IMG/VR virus record: IMGVR_UViG_3300027708_000019
Strand: one strand, 5' to 3'
DNA length: 64,000 nt
Source: a virus
Numbering within the stretch: position 1 is the stretch's first letter; each line of letters begins with the position of its first letter. Of this stretch, positions 40,125-49,442 are shown piece by piece. The position numbers were made by a program, and so were the translations under genes. The notes below the pieces were generated by a model. The model was not told where the DNA came from. It worked only from the letters and a program-made list of their open reading frames with translations, and did no database searches.

Positions 40125-40583
40125 ATGTTCTACAAAGGCAAGTTCAAACCAAAAAACCCACAAAAGTATGATGGAGACCCAACCAACATTATCTATCGCA
40201 GTAGTTGGGAACTTCGTTTTATGGTGTGGGCAGACGAAAAACCGAACGTACTAAAATGGCGTTCGGAGGAAACCATCATTCCTTATTTATCCCCAATTGA
40301 TAACAAGTTTCATCGTTATTTTGTAGATTTTCAAATACAGATAAGAAATAAAGATGGGATGTTAAGAACATATCTTATTGAGATTAAACCAGAGGCACAA
40401 ACAAAACCACCTGTGCCACAAAAGAAAGTAACAAAAAAATACCTTGAGGAAGTTATGACTTGGGGTAAGAATGACGCAAAATGGAAGGCAGCTGACAGCT
40501 ACGCTAAAGATCGTGGCTGGCAATTTTTGATTTTAAATGAAAAGCATTTGGGTATAAAGCCCAACTGGTATAGGAATAAATAG
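40125..40583 (+). CDS. gp4: Head completion nuclease gp4
   Basis: YKGKF.PKNP.KY.GDP..I.YRSSWE..FM.W.D; HRYF.DF; EIKP..QT; N.AKW.AA. Confidence 0.93.
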   Translation: MFYKGKFKPKNPQKYDGDPTNIIYRSSWELRFMVWADEKPNVLKWRSEETIIPYLSPIDNKFHRYFVDFQIQIRNKDGMLRTYLIEIKPEAQTKPPVPQKKVTKKYLEEVMTWGKNDAKWKAADSYAKDRGWQFLILNEKHLGIKPNWYRNK

Positions 40584-40588
40584 ATAAT

Positions 40589-41185
40589 ATGGCTAAAGAT
40601 AACAAAATAATTGCTGCTAAATCGCTGGAATCTATCTTTAATGATAGATCGTATGACATTTCAGCTGCTAAAAAATCACAGTCTTGGTTCTCCAATCAAG
40701 TAAGAGGATTGAGTGCAGTAACACCAAACAAACTTCTAAACCAAGCGAACTTTGTAAGCACATTAACTCCTGGTGATATGTATTTGTTTTACTATGATCC
40801 AAAGCATAAAGATACATTACCATACTTTGATAGATTTCCTTTGGTTTTACCATTCCGTAAAGTCAAGGGTGGGTTTTATGGATTAAATTTCCACTATCTT
40901 CCTCCGCTTTTACGTGTTAAACTATTAGATAGACTGCTAATGTTTTCAAACACTAAAGGTATTACAGAAGATACAAGATTAAGATTTAAATATCAGATGC
41001 TCGCAGGCAGTGCCAAGTTTGGTTGGGCACAACCATGCGTTAAGATGTATTTAAATGCACATGTAAGAAGTAGATTTGCTAGAATTGAACCAGAACATTG
41101 GGTAACTGCTATGATGTTACCAGTTGAACGCTTTGCTAAACAAACAAAAGAAACAGTCTGGAGAGAGTCAAGAAAGGCATTCTAA
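40589..41185 (+). CDS. gp2: DNA end protector protein gp2
   Basis: PG.MY.F.YDPK.K.TLPY.D.FPLV; GLN.HYLP...R..LL. Confidence 0.92.
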   Translation: MAKDNKIIAAKSLESIFNDRSYDISAAKKSQSWFSNQVRGLSAVTPNKLLNQANFVSTLTPGDMYLFYYDPKHKDTLPYFDRFPLVLPFRKVKGGFYGLNFHYLPPLLRVKLLDRLLMFSNTKGITEDTRLRFKYQMLAGSAKFGWAQPCVKMYLNAHVRSRFARIEPEHWVTAMMLPVERFAKQTKETVWRESRKAF

Positions 41186-41189
41186 TTAA

Positions 41190-41855
41190 ATGGCAGAAAT
41201 AAACGAATTTATTGCACTTGTAAAAAATGAAGGATTGGCAAGAACCAATCGCTTTGTGGTTTACATCACACCACCAGCAAGATTGTTGGGGGTAGCAAAC
41301 AATACGAAATTAAGATTTCTTTGTGAATCAGCTTCAATTCCTGGCATGAATTTTTTATCTAATCCAGTAATGACATATGGTGAACAAAGGGAAGTAATTT
41401 ATAATCGTTCTTTTGAACCTGTTAATCTTGAGTTTATGTTAGACCAAGATATGGAAATTAAAAGATTCTTTGATTCTTGGCAAAATTTAATCATTAACCC
41501 AAGAACAAGAATGCTGACATATTATGAAAACTATATTGGAACTGTAGAGATCTATCAATTAGATAATTCTGGAAAAGAATCATCTAGATATATTGTTAGA
41601 TTAAACGAAGCATTTCCAAAATCAGTTGCGCCAATATCATACAGTTATGGTAATAAAGACATAACAAAATTATCTGTTGCCATGGAATACAAGTTCTGGG
41701 TACCATTAACAACAGCAAATAAAGGTGGCACTACTGGACAACTACAAGTTTCTCCGCAACCAAAGTTTGGAAAAATGGGCTTGGATACTGGTGGATTATC
41801 TGGACAAAATAGTTCAGATATACCATCAGGTGGCAATAATGATACTCCTGTATAA
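41190..41855 (+). CDS. Tail tube-fold protein (gp54 tube initiator / gp19-like)
   Basis: GLAR.NRF.V; LCE..S.PG; FF..W...I; YY..Y.G...IYQL; L.EAFP..V. Confidence 0.75.
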   Translation: MAEINEFIALVKNEGLARTNRFVVYITPPARLLGVANNTKLRFLCESASIPGMNFLSNPVMTYGEQREVIYNRSFEPVNLEFMLDQDMEIKRFFDSWQNLIINPRTRMLTYYENYIGTVEIYQLDNSGKESSRYIVRLNEAFPKSVAPISYSYGNKDITKLSVAMEYKFWVPLTTANKGGTTGQLQVSPQPKFGKMGLDTGGLSGQNSSDIPSGGNNDTPV

Positions 41856-41877
41856 AAATAAGAATAAAGGAATCAAA

Positions 41878-42330
41878 ATGGCAGAAGAAATTAAAAAAGA
41901 CGAAGATTGGATGCAGAAAAAATGGAGACCAGCCATGGGCTGGATGTACATGATTATTTGTACACTAGATATGGGTGTGTTTCCAGTAATGTGGAGTTTG
42001 TTACAAGTGTTTACGCATCAAACAATTACACAATGGAACCCACTAACACTACAAGGTGCTGGTTTGTTCCACTTAGCAATGGGTGCTGTTCTTGGTATCG
42101 CAGCTTGGGGTCGTACTCAAGAAAAACTCGGAGGCGCAGCAAACAATACAACTACTACCACACCAACAGCAAGCACCTTCGGCTCAGCTATGCCAGCAAC
42201 ACCTAGCATTTCTGCGCCAGTATCAACACCAAGCGCAAATCCATTTGGGGCAACAGACAATAGTAACCCATTTGGATCAACACCTCCAGCACCACCAGCT
42301 GGGATATCTAAAGGAAAAATAATTGATTGA
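41878..42330 (+). CDS. Holin-like membrane protein with low-complexity Pro/Ser/Thr tail
   Basis: Start at ATG 41878 (AAAGGA RBS); KWRPAMGWMYM..C..D..FP..W.PLTLQG.GLFH.AMGAVLG..AWGRT.EK with two hydrophobic segments (3TM-holin-like). Confidence 0.6.
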   Translation: MAEEIKKDEDWMQKKWRPAMGWMYMIICTLDMGVFPVMWSLLQVFTHQTITQWNPLTLQGAGLFHLAMGAVLGIAAWGRTQEKLGGAANNTTTTTPTASTFGSAMPATPSISAPVSTPSANPFGATDNSNPFGSTPPAPPAGISKGKIID

Positions 42331-42745
42331 TAAATCTTTGAGCGAAGTTTTTGACATTGAAGCAGAAACTCCAAAAGGAGTTGTGAAACAACTTGTCATT
42401 AATGATGATGTGGCTAAGACTGATGTTACTAAAGTAGAATCAGATTTCGATGATGCCAGAAAAAACTTACAAATTTTACTTATGCAAGGTGAAGATGCTT
42501 TGATGGGTGCTCTTGAGGTTGCTAAGCAATCTGAGCACCCTCGTGCGTTTGAAGTTGTTGGTAATTTAATTAAACAACTGGCTGATGTAAATCAACAGTT
42601 AATGGATCTACACAAACAAAAGCAACAATTAGAAGGCACAAATGAAAGTGGCTCTAAGAAAAGTGTTACAAATAATAATGCTATATTTGTTGGTAGTACA
42701 ACTGATCTAAACAAAATGATACACAAATTGACTAAAGGAGATTGA
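42323..42745 (+). CDS. Terminase small subunit-like (gp16)
   Basis: D...AR.NL..L...G..AL...LEVA..SEHPRAFEV...LIK..AD; NNA.FVGST.DL pattern of T4-like small terminase. Confidence 0.75.
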   Translation: MIDKSLSEVFDIEAETPKGVVKQLVINDDVAKTDVTKVESDFDDARKNLQILLMQGEDALMGALEVAKQSEHPRAFEVVGNLIKQLADVNQQLMDLHKQKQQLEGTNESGSKKSVTNNNAIFVGSTTDLNKMIHKLTKGD

Positions 42746-42746
42746 A

Positions 42747-43457
42747 ATGAAGTTGCCTGTATATAAACATCCTGTCTATACATTAACTCTACCATCAAAT
42801 GGTAAACAGATTAAGTATAGACCATTTTTAGTAAAGGATGAGAAAAATTTGTTGCTTGCGCAGCAGAGCGAAATTGAACTGAACATGATTGATACATTAA
42901 AGACAGTTGTAACTGACTGTATTTTGGATAAAAATGTTGATGTTGAGTCTATGCCAATTTTTGATTTAGAATATATCTTTACCCAACTACGTGCAAAATC
43001 AGTTGGTGAGATGGTAGAATTATTATTCACATGCAGAAATACTGAATGTGATGAGAAAACAAAAATCTCTTTCAAGATCGATCCAGTTCTTGTTAAAGAA
43101 GAAGGACATACAAACAAAATTGATTTGTTTGATGGTGTTGGTGTTGTAATGAAATATGCCAGCGTAAATTTATTACATGAAATTGCCAAATTAGATTTGA
43201 ACAATCCAGATGAGATTGTCAAATTGATTACTAAAACAATTGATTACATTTATGATTCTGAATCTGTATATCCAGCTAGTGAACAGAAAGAAGAAGATTT
43301 GATTGCATTTGTTGAGGGATTACCAAGATCCCCTACAGAAAAACTTAAGAATTTCTTTCAATCGCCACCAAAACTACAACAGAGAGTTACTTATGATTGC
43401 CCAAAATGCAGCAACCATAACGAATACGATGTAGAAGGTATTGAAAGTTTTTTCTAA
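42747..43457 (+). CDS. gp26: Baseplate hub assembly protein gp26 (probable tail assembly chaperone G-equivalent)
   Basis: LP....P.Y.L.LPS.GK..KYRPFLVK.EK.LL.A; DLEYIF..LRAKSVGE; two CxxC-type sites; ends EG..SFF. Confidence 0.88.
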   Translation: MKLPVYKHPVYTLTLPSNGKQIKYRPFLVKDEKNLLLAQQSEIELNMIDTLKTVVTDCILDKNVDVESMPIFDLEYIFTQLRAKSVGEMVELLFTCRNTECDEKTKISFKIDPVLVKEEGHTNKIDLFDGVGVVMKYASVNLLHEIAKLDLNNPDEIVKLITKTIDYIYDSESVYPASEQKEEDLIAFVEGLPRSPTEKLKNFFQSPPKLQQRVTYDCPKCSNHNEYDVEGIESFF

Positions 43458-43642
43458 TTTGTCTTAGCCATGAAAGTTTGGTAAATTATTATCAGATTAA
43501 CTTTGGGTTGTTACAGCACCATAAGTATTCGCTTGAAGATTTAGAAAACATGATGCCGTTTGAGCGAGAGATCTACGTTACTATGTTAATAAATTACCTA
43601 GAACAAGAAAAAGAACGAATCAAGGAAAGACTTAAAAGATGA
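43454..43642 (+). CDS. gp51-like segment, probably expressed as -1 frameshift extension of gp26
   Basis: Missed by the ORF track: LICLSHESLVNYYQINFGLLQHHKYSLEDLENMMPFEREIYVTMLINYLEQEKER...; frame opens at 43445 just before the slippery T TTT TTC (43448..43454). Confidence 0.8.
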   Translation, partial: LICLSHESLVNYYQINFGLLQHHKYSLEDLENMMPFEREIYVTMLINYLEQEKERIKERLKR

Positions 43643-45501
43643 GACTAGTCTTAGATAGAATAGAAGATCAGCAGTCAGGAAGCACCAAACTAAAACAGTT
43701 TGCAGGTGACTTAGCAGACACACTCAAATCTACGTACGAAAAGAAAATACGTCCAGGTGCAATGGGTGGGATTCCTGGCGCAGGTAAGTTTAGTTCTTCA
43801 TTTCTAGGATCTCTTGGATTTACTGGTCTTGCTGAATCAGTAAAAGAAAATGCTGAAGCAAAAGAAGCCAAACGACAAGAAAAAGAAAAGTTCGTTGGCG
43901 ATTTCCAGCAATATTCTGATGCTGGTAAAACACTATCATCAAATACAGCAAGAGATGTAGCTGAATCTTTATATGATGAAATTGAAGCAAAGACAAAAGA
44001 ATTAAAGAAACTTCAAGAAGAAGCTGATAAACAAAAGAAAGCTGGATATGGAGTAGATCCAGAAAATGCAAAGAAACAAGAAGAACTACTCAAAGCAATT
44101 CAAGCAATCGATCCAAGAAATAAAGGTAAGGGAGCAAGTGACAAAGATATTCAAGCTGTTGATGCTGATAATAAAAAAATAGAAGATGGAAAGAAACAAG
44201 AAGAAATAATAAAGGCACTTGACCCAAACAAAAATCAAGGATCAAGCGACAAGAACATTCAAGCAGTTCAAGCTGATGAAGCGAAGATAGAAACTGCTGA
44301 GAAACAAAAAGAAACATTTGAAGTTAATAAAAAAGAGCAAGAAGATTTAACTGCTCTCTACACCATTACCGATGACCACTTCAAGAAACAGGATAAGTGG
44401 AATGAAGATTCCATGAAACTTCTTGAAACTATTGCTGCCAATGGAACAGGTGGCGGTGGTGGTGGAGGTGGCTTACTATCATCAGCAGCTGAGATGGCTG
44501 GTGATTTAATGGGCAATGGTAAGGGTAAAGGTGGTGGTAAATTAGGTAAGTTGGGTAAGGTAGGTAAATTCCTTACTGGAAATGCTGGTAAAATTGCTGG
44601 TGTTGGTGCTGGTTTATTATCTGTTGGTACTGCTGCTTACGAAGGATATAATGAATATAATCAAGCTGACGAACAAGTTAAGTCAGGTGAAATTACCAAA
44701 GAGCAAGGGCAAGAAAAAAAAGGTGAAGCAGTTGGTGGCGCAGTAGGTGGTGCTGCTGGTGGATGGGCAGGTGCTTCAACAGGCGCATCAGCAGGTGCTG
44801 CGATTGGAACACTGCTGTTTCCTGGAGTTGGTACTGTTATTGGTGGTGCTCTTGGTGCTGCAGCAGGTGGTGCTCTTGGATATTGGGGTGGTAAAAAAGT
44901 AGGACAAACAGTAGGTGGCGGTGCAGTAAAAGGTTATCAAGCACTTGGTGGTAATGATCCAAATTCTGGTGCAATGGAAAATGTTGATGCGATGGGCAAC
45001 CCAACTGGTATGTCTAGTGATAGTTCTCCACCATCCAACGCAGATCCTAAGAAAGATAAACTAGCAAGAGATTGGGCTTGGTCAATTATGACTGAGCAAG
45101 CAGGAGATAAAAAACCTGACGCATCTATCAAAGCACAAGTTGATACTATCATGAAAACTGATACTCAACTACAAACACAAGCAAAAGCATATCTCGAAAA
45201 TAAAAAAGCTGGTGCTAAGAAAGTTGACAAATCGCAACAAATATCCAAAGTTGAAGCACAACCAGAAAGAGTTTCACCAGATACAGGTAATGCTCTTGCT
45301 CAAAGAACTAACGAAGTTGAAGATGCTAGATCTGCTGCTCAGAACAATTCAAATATAGTAAATGCACCACAATCTAGTGTAACAAATATTACGAATAATA
45401 ATGGTGGTGGAAAAGAATCATCTAAGCCATCTGCAAGAAATGATGAAACCACTTACCAAAGATACCTAGATAGAAGATATTATCCAATGCGCGATTTTTA
45501 A
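43639..45501 (+). CDS. Probable tape measure / baseplate hub protein (gp29-like, 620 aa)
   Basis: Coiled-coil N-half, Gly/Ala-rich hydrophobic central segment, NNS.IVNAP..S...TNNN C-terminus; follows gp26/gp51; length similar to T4 gp29. Confidence 0.6.
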   Translation: MRLVLDRIEDQQSGSTKLKQFAGDLADTLKSTYEKKIRPGAMGGIPGAGKFSSSFLGSLGFTGLAESVKENAEAKEAKRQEKEKFVGDFQQYSDAGKTLSSNTARDVAESLYDEIEAKTKELKKLQEEADKQKKAGYGVDPENAKKQEELLKAIQAIDPRNKGKGASDKDIQAVDADNKKIEDGKKQEEIIKALDPNKNQGSSDKNIQAVQADEAKIETAEKQKETFEVNKKEQEDLTALYTITDDHFKKQDKWNEDSMKLLETIAANGTGGGGGGGGLLSSAAEMAGDLMGNGKGKGGGKLGKLGKVGKFLTGNAGKIAGVGAGLLSVGTAAYEGYNEYNQADEQVKSGEITKEQGQEKKGEAVGGAVGGAAGGWAGASTGASAGAAIGTLLFPGVGTVIGGALGAAAGGALGYWGGKKVGQTVGGGAVKGYQALGGNDPNSGAMENVDAMGNPTGMSSDSSPPSNADPKKDKLARDWAWSIMTEQAGDKKPDASIKAQVDTIMKTDTQLQTQAKAYLENKKAGAKKVDKSQQISKVEAQPERVSPDTGNALAQRTNEVEDARSAAQNNSNIVNAPQSSVTNITNNNGGGKESSKPSARNDETTYQRYLDRRYYPMRDF

Positions 45502-45510
45502 GGAAAAATT

Positions 45511-46107
45511 ATGTTAGCTGAAATGTATTATGAACCAGACTTCTTGTCAAATGAAGAATGCCTTTATTTGATTCAACACTATAAAGAAAATGAAGATAAG
45601 TCAAAACGTGGAGCATGTGGATATCCCCCACACAGAAGAATCAATTTCTTAAAACGAATATCAAATGTATTGACAGTTGATAAAGAAGATCCAAAAATAA
45701 AAGAGATTAATGATAAAGTCTTCGATAAAATCAAACAAGTAAACGAAGATGTGTTCTTCTTTGATATTGATTATGATTACTCATCCAAACTAGATTACCC
45801 TACCATTGTGCATTATGATGGAAATGAGAAGGCATTTTGGTCAAAACAAGCGCATGTGAACTGGATTTCTAACAATATGCAGCAAAAACTCTTTGTTTCT
45901 GTTACTCTTTCTGCGCAAGAGGAATATGAGGGTGGCGATGTTATTTACTACTTTGGTAAACATCAAGATCGCCCAACACCAAAAGAACATCGTCAGCGTG
46001 GTCTACTTACAATTTTCCCATCGTTCCGAGCAACGCAAACTATGCCTGTACTCTCAGGTGTCAAATATACCTACGACTTCAGATTCGAAGGTCCATGTTG
46101 GAAATAA
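45511..46107 (+). CDS. 2OG-Fe(II) oxygenase-fold protein (metal ligands apparently degenerate)
   Basis: FLS.EEC, KL.VSV.LS...EYEGGD, G.L.IFPSF...V.SG.KY of prolyl-4-hydroxylase-like family; HxD and distal H not evident. Confidence 0.7.
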   Translation: MLAEMYYEPDFLSNEECLYLIQHYKENEDKSKRGACGYPPHRRINFLKRISNVLTVDKEDPKIKEINDKVFDKIKQVNEDVFFFDIDYDYSSKLDYPTIVHYDGNEKAFWSKQAHVNWISNNMQQKLFVSVTLSAQEEYEGGDVIYYFGKHQDRPTPKEHRQRGLLTIFPSFRATQTMPVLSGVKYTYDFRFEGPCWK

Positions 46108-46128
46108 AAAAAGGGAGCCGAAGCTCCC
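46107..46128 (-). terminator. Intrinsic terminator after gp32 (possibly bidirectional)
   Basis: GGGAGC-TTCG-GCTCCC followed by T-tract; sits between convergent genes. Confidence 0.88.
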
Positions 46129-46151
46129 CCAAAATTGCTCAGAGTATTTAA

Positions 46152-47066
46152 TTACTCGTTAGCAAGTTTCTGAAAATAAGATAAGTCATCTTCATCATCA
46201 GCAGTTGTAGCAGCAACACGTGGTTGTGGTGCTGGCTTGCTAACACGCTCAGGTGCAGCTGCAGCAGGACGATCTTCTTCTTCAGCCATTTGGGCAGCAG
46301 AACGAGAAGGAGCAGATTCACCGCTCAATACCATCTCCAGTTTTTTCTTCAATTCGTCATAAGACTTGAAGTTCTTACGATCTGTGAATTCAGATAACTT
46401 GTATTGCTTAGAAACAATAGCAAGTTTCTCTTCATCAGTTGGAGCAATTTCAGTTTGCTCATTGAATTGAGATTGGTCGTAGTTAGAATAACCATCAACC
46501 TTGCGCATACGTAGTTTAAAGTCTGCGCCTTCCCACAAATCAAACACGAGAACTGGCTTCTCATCTTCAAACGTAGGGTTGGCTTTGTCCATAATCTTAT
46601 CAAAGATTTTCTTACCAAACTTAAACAACTTAACAGTGCCATTGTTCTCTGGTTTAGCAGGATCGTTGATGATATAGACGTTAGCAATGTAAGATAACTT
46701 ACGTTTTTGCTTGCGAGCAATTTCTTTATTGGCTTCAGAGCCAGAATTCCACAAACGTGAATTCAACTCACCAACAGGATCGTTCTCACCGAGAGTCGTT
46801 AGACTGTTCTCGATGTACCATTTACCAGTTGGACCTTGGAAACTGTGATTGAACACACGTGCCCATGGGAACTCGTCGCCTTCTACTCGTGGGAGAAAAC
46901 GAATCGTTGCGGTAGCATTTCCTGCTTTGTCTGGAGTAAGTTTCCAGAAACGATCGTCTTCATAAGATTTGCCACCACCTTCAGATGGTTTGGCAATTTT
47001 GTCGAACTCTCCAAGGATCTTAGAAAAATCTTGGTTGCGTGACTTGCGTAATGTTTGAATATCCAT
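46152..47066 (-). CDS. gp32: Single-stranded DNA-binding protein gp32
   Basis: DDRFWK...DKAGN..A.IRFLP; H.FQG.TGKWYIEN..TT.G..DPV; RKQKRKLSY; GKKIFDKI; acidic tail DDDLSYFQKLA. Confidence 0.96.
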   Translation of the reverse strand: MDIQTLRKSRNQDFSKILGEFDKIAKPSEGGGKSYEDDRFWKLTPDKAGNATATIRFLPRVEGDEFPWARVFNHSFQGPTGKWYIENSLTTLGENDPVGELNSRLWNSGSEANKEIARKQKRKLSYIANVYIINDPAKPENNGTVKLFKFGKKIFDKIMDKANPTFEDEKPVLVFDLWEGADFKLRMRKVDGYSNYDQSQFNEQTEIAPTDEEKLAIVSKQYKLSEFTDRKNFKSYDELKKKLEMVLSGESAPSRSAAQMAEEEDRPAAAAPERVSKPAPQPRVAATTADDEDDLSYFQKLANE

Positions 47067-47141
47067 TTGTATTTCCTTTGTCGTATAAAAGTGTATTTAA
47101 ATTGTCGTATTTCACATTAGTCATGATATACAACTATTTAG

Positions 47142-47972
47142 TCATAGTATATCTGAAACTTCAGTTTCTGTCAAGTTTTTTTCTCCAATTTCTTCTTCCT
47201 TCGGCTTGGCTTGCCAGAATGGAATTTGAATAATTGGAGCATCAAGGTATCCGCTCAGTACATATTGCGTATCCTCAATTTTGTCATCCTCAAAATAAAT
47301 TTGATGGAAGTATAGTGGGTCATAAATTACCACACTATTGTATTCGAATTTCTCGTAGGCATATGGTTTCCAATTTTCATTGCCTTCGAAGTTTGTCCAT
47401 TTAACTTTTTCTGGATTCTCTTGTTGTTTATATACAGGAAAAATTGTATTAAACAATTCTTCATCACAACCTTTGATCTCATCATTGTATCTTGCGTAAA
47501 TATGCTCTGGGTCAATGACAGCTTGGAAAAACCCCATCCCCATTTTAGCATCCTTAGACAAACACAATTGTGTTGCTAATGGATATGGTGAGAACCTTGG
47601 CATATTGTTATTGTTGGTAGCAACCATATCAGTATGATAGATTCCAGAGGTATAATACCATGAAGACATCTTAGATTCAAATGAAGTAAATTCTTTAAAC
47701 AACTGAGCATATAACTTTGTCAGTGTTGGAATTTCCAGTGAACTAATCAACTGTCGATATCCAGGTGTGTTAATTTCAACATCACCACCATAGGCATTAT
47801 GTTTCTGCATAATCTCAACAAACGCATCTGGATCTTGTAAAACATTTTTAATCACATAATACTGCAAGCCAGTGTTTTTATCGGAAACAGTTTCTACTTC
47901 CAATTTCTTACTCACAGCAATTGATTCGAAATGTTTACTTCTGTCTATCAGATTGAATTTGTTCAAACTCAT
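47142..47972 (-). CDS. DUF6445-like / oxygenase-fold hypothetical protein
   Basis: Likely start MSLNKF at 47972; VI.N....PD..V, PGYR, YN..V.Y....FH pattern. Confidence 0.5.
   Translation of the reverse strand: MSLNKFNLIDRSKHFESIAVSKKLEVETVSDKNTGLQYYVIKNVLQDPDAFVEIMQKHNAYGGDVEINTPGYRQLISSLEIPTLTKLYAQLFKEFTSFESKMSSWYYTSGIYHTDMVATNNNNMPRFSPYPLATQLCLSKDAKMGMGFFQAVIDPEHIYARYNDEIKGCDEELFNTIFPVYKQQENPEKVKWTNFEGNENWKPYAYEKFEYNSVVIYDPLYFHQIYFEDDKIEDTQYVLSGYLDAPIIQIPFWQAKPKEEEIGEKNLTETEVSDIL
47146..47174 (-). promoter_or_regulatory. sigma70-type promoter for gp32 (TTGACA-17-TATACT)
   Basis: -35 at 47169..47174, -10 at 47146..47151; ACTAAATA late-like motif just downstream. Confidence 0.7.
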
Positions 47973-48123
47973 GTTCTTCCTCTTCTTCATAATCTTCCTC
48001 GTCTTCAAAGAAGACTGTATTTTGGTTTTTAGTATACTTCTTTTCTAGAATACTATTTAGACGCTTTTTAGCACCACGTCCATATTCGTCAAATGACTTT
48101 TCTTTCCTGTATGTATGACCCAT
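47935..48123 (-). CDS. Small hypothetical protein (basic N-terminus, acidic C-terminus)
   Basis: MGHTYRKEKSFDE... start directly after gp59 stop. Confidence 0.65.
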   Translation of the reverse strand: MGHTYRKEKSFDEYGRGAKKRLNSILEKKYTKNQNTVFFEDEEDYEEEEEHEFEQIQSDRQK

Positions 48124-48124
48124 T

Positions 48125-48742
48125 TTAGAACTCTTGAATAAACTCCAAATAAATTGGTTTGACCTTTGCCTCATCAAATTTCACAAATGGTTTGGTTTTG
48201 ATGATGCGACGAATATCATCCGAGAATAGATTACCGATGGATGTTTTCCAAGTATCTAAGAACGGATGAAACTTATCCAACATCACAATTGTCTCAAGTG
48301 TTATATGGTTGCCCAGAAACATTTGAAATAAATGTGGTATGGTTGGAAACTTTGATTGAATGTCAGGTAGAAACTTAATCTCGTTTGTCTCATAATGCAA
48401 ACGAATCTTACTCAAGTCATTTTTAAAGATTTGAGTAATTGATTCTTTTCTACGATTCCACTCTTTTAAATTCTGGTCAGATTCAGAGGTGCCATAAATG
48501 ATATCAGTATTGCCCCATGCTCCATAAGCAAAGTTGGCAATTAGATATTGTGCCATCTCAGATTTTTTATCGAATTTATCCGCAAACTTTTCATATAGTG
48601 ATGATTGGTTTCGTTCGTCAAACTTTTTGTACGAAACACGAACATGATCTCGGCTGTCTGTGATATCATACTTATCAGTCATAAAGTGTAATTTCACAGC
48701 AAGATACATTCTATAAGCATTAATTGCTTTGTTACTGGACAT
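48125..48742 (-). CDS. gp59: Helicase loader gp59
   Basis: AY.MYLA.KLHF....YD; F..R.....YEK; W..R.ES....FK.D; I.LET..L; K.KPF; between gp33 and gp32 as in T4. Confidence 0.85.
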   Translation of the reverse strand: MSSNKAINAYRMYLAVKLHFMTDKYDITDSRDHVRVSYKKFDERNQSSLYEKFADKFDKKSEMAQYLIANFAYGAWGNTDIIYGTSESDQNLKEWNRRKESITQIFKNDLSKIRLHYETNEIKFLPDIQSKFPTIPHLFQMFLGNHITLETIVMLDKFHPFLDTWKTSIGNLFSDDIRRIIKTKPFVKFDEAKVKPIYLEFIQEF

Positions 48743-48956
48743 CGATGTCGAGAGTGGCTGGCTTTGGGAAATAGTTGAGTTCTGTAGCATTAACTTTAAT
48801 TTTATCTTTAAGTGATTTGTTTATCAGCTTCTTAATATCTTCTGGTTCAATAAAATTTTCTTTACAATATTCTAATACAGCATCCATGTGCGAGATGCGT
48901 CTATCCTTGACTATCTGTTCAATGTAGAGAGAAAATTCTTTTGGACTATTAAACAT
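48732..48956 (-). CDS. gp33: Late transcription coactivator gp33
   Basis: FS..IE..V......MDAVL.YC..N.IE......LI.K.LK.KI...A..LN. Confidence 0.88.
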   Translation of the reverse strand: MFNSPKEFSLYIEQIVKDRRISHMDAVLEYCKENFIEPEDIKKLINKSLKDKIKVNATELNYFPKPATLDIDVQ

Positions 48957-49224
48957 TCTTGTTAAGATAATATCTTGATTGTGCAACACATCGTTCAATA
49001 TCATTGTATTCCTTTAACATAATTTTATATTGCTTCCAAGAAGCACTGTCAAACTGGTCAGATTGATTCATTTCTTCTTCAAACTCATCAAGGAACAATG
49101 AGAATTGTTTATCGAGTTTCATTTTTTCTAGAACAAATGTTTGATGTACATCATCGATATTGACATTTGTGTCAGCCATATACATATATCTGTTAATGGC
49201 ATCCTTGGCTTCAATTACATTCAT
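48949..49224 (-). CDS. Hypothetical protein (91 aa)
   Basis: Coupled ORF in the gp33 operon. Confidence 0.7.
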   Translation of the reverse strand: MNVIEAKDAINRYMYMADTNVNIDDVHQTFVLEKMKLDKQFSLFLDEFEEEMNQSDQFDSASWKQYKIMLKEYNDIERCVAQSRYYLNKNV

Positions 49225-49379
49225 GCTACATCTTTTCCGTTGAGATGTTCTTTTAAAAACTTCACAACTTGACTATATCTAGTAAAAACAAAAGTTTGGT
49301 CTATCAATTCGTCTTCAATGTCTTTGTTAATACTCACCACAAATCCATTGTCAACTTTTTTAATGTTAATTTCTAACAT
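49221..49379 (-). CDS. Small hypothetical protein (52 aa)
   Basis: Below the track cutoff: MLEINIKKVDNGFVVSINKD...; GGAGG RBS; ATGA overlap with next gene. Confidence 0.75.
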   Translation of the reverse strand: MLEINIKKVDNGFVVSINKDIEDELIDQTFVFTRYSQVVKFLKEHLNGKDVA

Positions 49380-49413
49380 ATACTTCCTCCATAATTATCA
49401 ACACGGTATTATT

Positions 49414-49442
49414 ATTATACTATAAATCGGTATTATTGTCAA
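49414..49442 (-). promoter_or_regulatory. sigma70 consensus promoter (TTGACA-17-TATAAT) for gp33-gp59 operon
   Basis: -35 at 49437..49442, -10 at 49414..49419. Confidence 0.8.
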
